Positions 34,697 through 35,401 of a DNA stretch of 35,401 nt are shown piece by piece; positions within the stretch are counted from its first letter, which is position 1; the number at the start of each line of letters is the position of its first letter. This DNA comes from Acidimicrobiales bacterium. GTDB taxonomy: Bacteria > Actinomycetota > Acidimicrobiia > Acidimicrobiales > Bog-793. The stretch spans positions 1 to 35,401 of the forward strand of contig DASPSK010000325.1 in the NCBI GenBank assembly GCA_035623975.1, written 5' to 3'. The notes below the pieces were generated by a model. It saw nothing but the letters and a program-made list of their open reading frames with translations, was not told where the DNA came from and made no database searches. Position numbers and translations under genes: made by a program.

Positions 34697-35104
34697 ATGC
34701 AAAGCGCGGAGATCCCCCTCACGACGGGGCGGCGGCGGGTGACGGACGTGACGAGCGAGGTGCGGGGTTTCTGCGCGGGGAAAGGGGACGGCTTCTGCCA
34801 TGTCTTCGCCCCCCATGCCACCGCCGGCCTCGCCCTCATGGAGACGGGAGCCGGCTCGGAGTCGGATCTGGAGGAGACCCTCGACCGGCTGCTCCCGCGC
34901 GACGACCGGTACGCCCACCGTCACGGCTCGAGGGGTCACGGGGCCGACCACGTGCTGCCGGCCTTCATCTGCCCGTCACTCGTGCTCGCCGTCAACGCCG
35001 GCGTGCCCGTCCTTGGCACCTGGCAGTCCGTCGTCTTCGTCGACCCCAACGCCGACAACCCCCGACGGCGGCTGCTCCTGCACTTCCTCGGCGATCGCCC
35101 CTGA
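34697..35104 (+). CDS. yjbQ: YjbQ/UPF0047-family protein (secondary thiamine-phosphate synthase-like, 135 aa)
   Basis: Contains VTDVTSEVRGF...GFCHVFAPHATAGLALMETGAGSESDLEETLDRLLP...GADHVLPAF...GTWQSVVFVD, the family signature. Only the last 135 codons of the 772-aa track ORF are real. Confidence 0.8.
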   Translation: MQSAEIPLTTGRRRVTDVTSEVRGFCAGKGDGFCHVFAPHATAGLALMETGAGSESDLEETLDRLLPRDDRYAHRHGSRGHGADHVLPAFICPSLVLAVNAGVPVLGTWQSVVFVDPNADNPRRRLLLHFLGDRP

Positions 35105-35128
35105 GGGCTCGCCACCGCTCAGCTTCGT

Positions 35129-35401
35129 TCAGCTCCTCCTGCGGGCGAGCTCGAGGCGTACGTCGGTGAGTCGCGAGAAGGGCGAGAAGGGCACGCCGTT
35201 GGCCGTGCACCACTTGGCGAGGTCGTCCTTCGCGAAGATGACGTCCGCCACGTTGGCCGCCTTGACGTCGCTCGCACCGTCGCCGACGAGCACCGTCGTC
35301 CGGCCCCGGGCGCTCGCCTCCCGCATGGGTGCCCGCTTGCAGGCGCCGCACAGAGCGCACTCGCAGCTCGGATCCTCGTTCGGGAACGTCACCGTCCAGG
35401 A
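35129..35401 (-). CDS. HAD-IB family phosphatase (MtnX / phosphoserine-phosphatase-like), 3' part; gene continues beyond the window end
   Basis: C-terminal HAD motif IV VLVGDGASDVKAANVADVIFAKDDL. The open frame runs to position 35401 with no credible start inside the window. Confidence 0.6.
   Translation of the reverse strand, partial: SWTVTFPNEDPSCECALCGACKRAPMREASARGRTTVLVGDGASDVKAANVADVIFAKDDLAKWCTANGVPFSPFSRLTDVRLELARRRS

Noticed and set aside
32786-35104. 772-aa plus-strand ORF.
   Set aside because: It runs antisense to hyhB and the PPTase with an Arg/Gly/Pro-rich translation. Only the last 135 codons (the YjbQ family signature) are protein-like.
1-35401. CRISPR arrays, rRNA genes, intact IS elements or prophage genes.
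   Set aside because: No spaced direct-repeat arrays, no rRNA-like sequence and no transposase, integrase or capsid-like translations were seen in any frame.

Overview
High-GC, gene-dense chromosomal segment that looks actinobacterial: PorA/DUF3068, a Ddn-like F420 enzyme, MazEF, dodecin, and frequent GTG/TTG starts with 4-nt start/stop overlaps. I support about 40 coding regions. There are no rRNA or tRNA genes, CRISPR arrays or intact mobile elements. Main blocks are as follows. (1) 168-2613: a small HTH mini-operon and a DUF1326/DUF2182 pair. (2) 3145-9180: a family-5 peptide/nickel-type ABC importer with a fused double ATPase. (3) 9435-14267: housekeeping and redox genes (cNMP-binding protein, OsmC, flavoprotein, CoA-binding protein, metY). 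(4) 14368-16119: mazEF plus a trailing membrane protein, then dodecin plus a Cys-rich small protein. (5) 16120-17213: a roughly 1.1 kb stretch with no convincing gene. (6) 17214-18622: a six-Asp-box BNR propeller protein translationally coupled to a MoaD/ThiS-like protein ending in Gly-Gly. (7) 18991-27721: a GGDEF-EAL sensor, DUF1003, PPK2, an F420-type reductase, an MBL hydrolase, a PorA-like protein and an acyl-CoA synthetase. (8) 27731-33814: an eight-gene group 3b (Hyh/sulfhydrogenase-type) [NiFe]-hydrogenase operon. Its strongest anomalies are an in-frame TAG inside the catalytic large subunit, a degenerate cNMP-fold protein between the beta and gamma subunits, and an uncharacterised protein at the operon tail. 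Many long track ORFs are antisense or run-on artefacts of the high GC content and were rejected.
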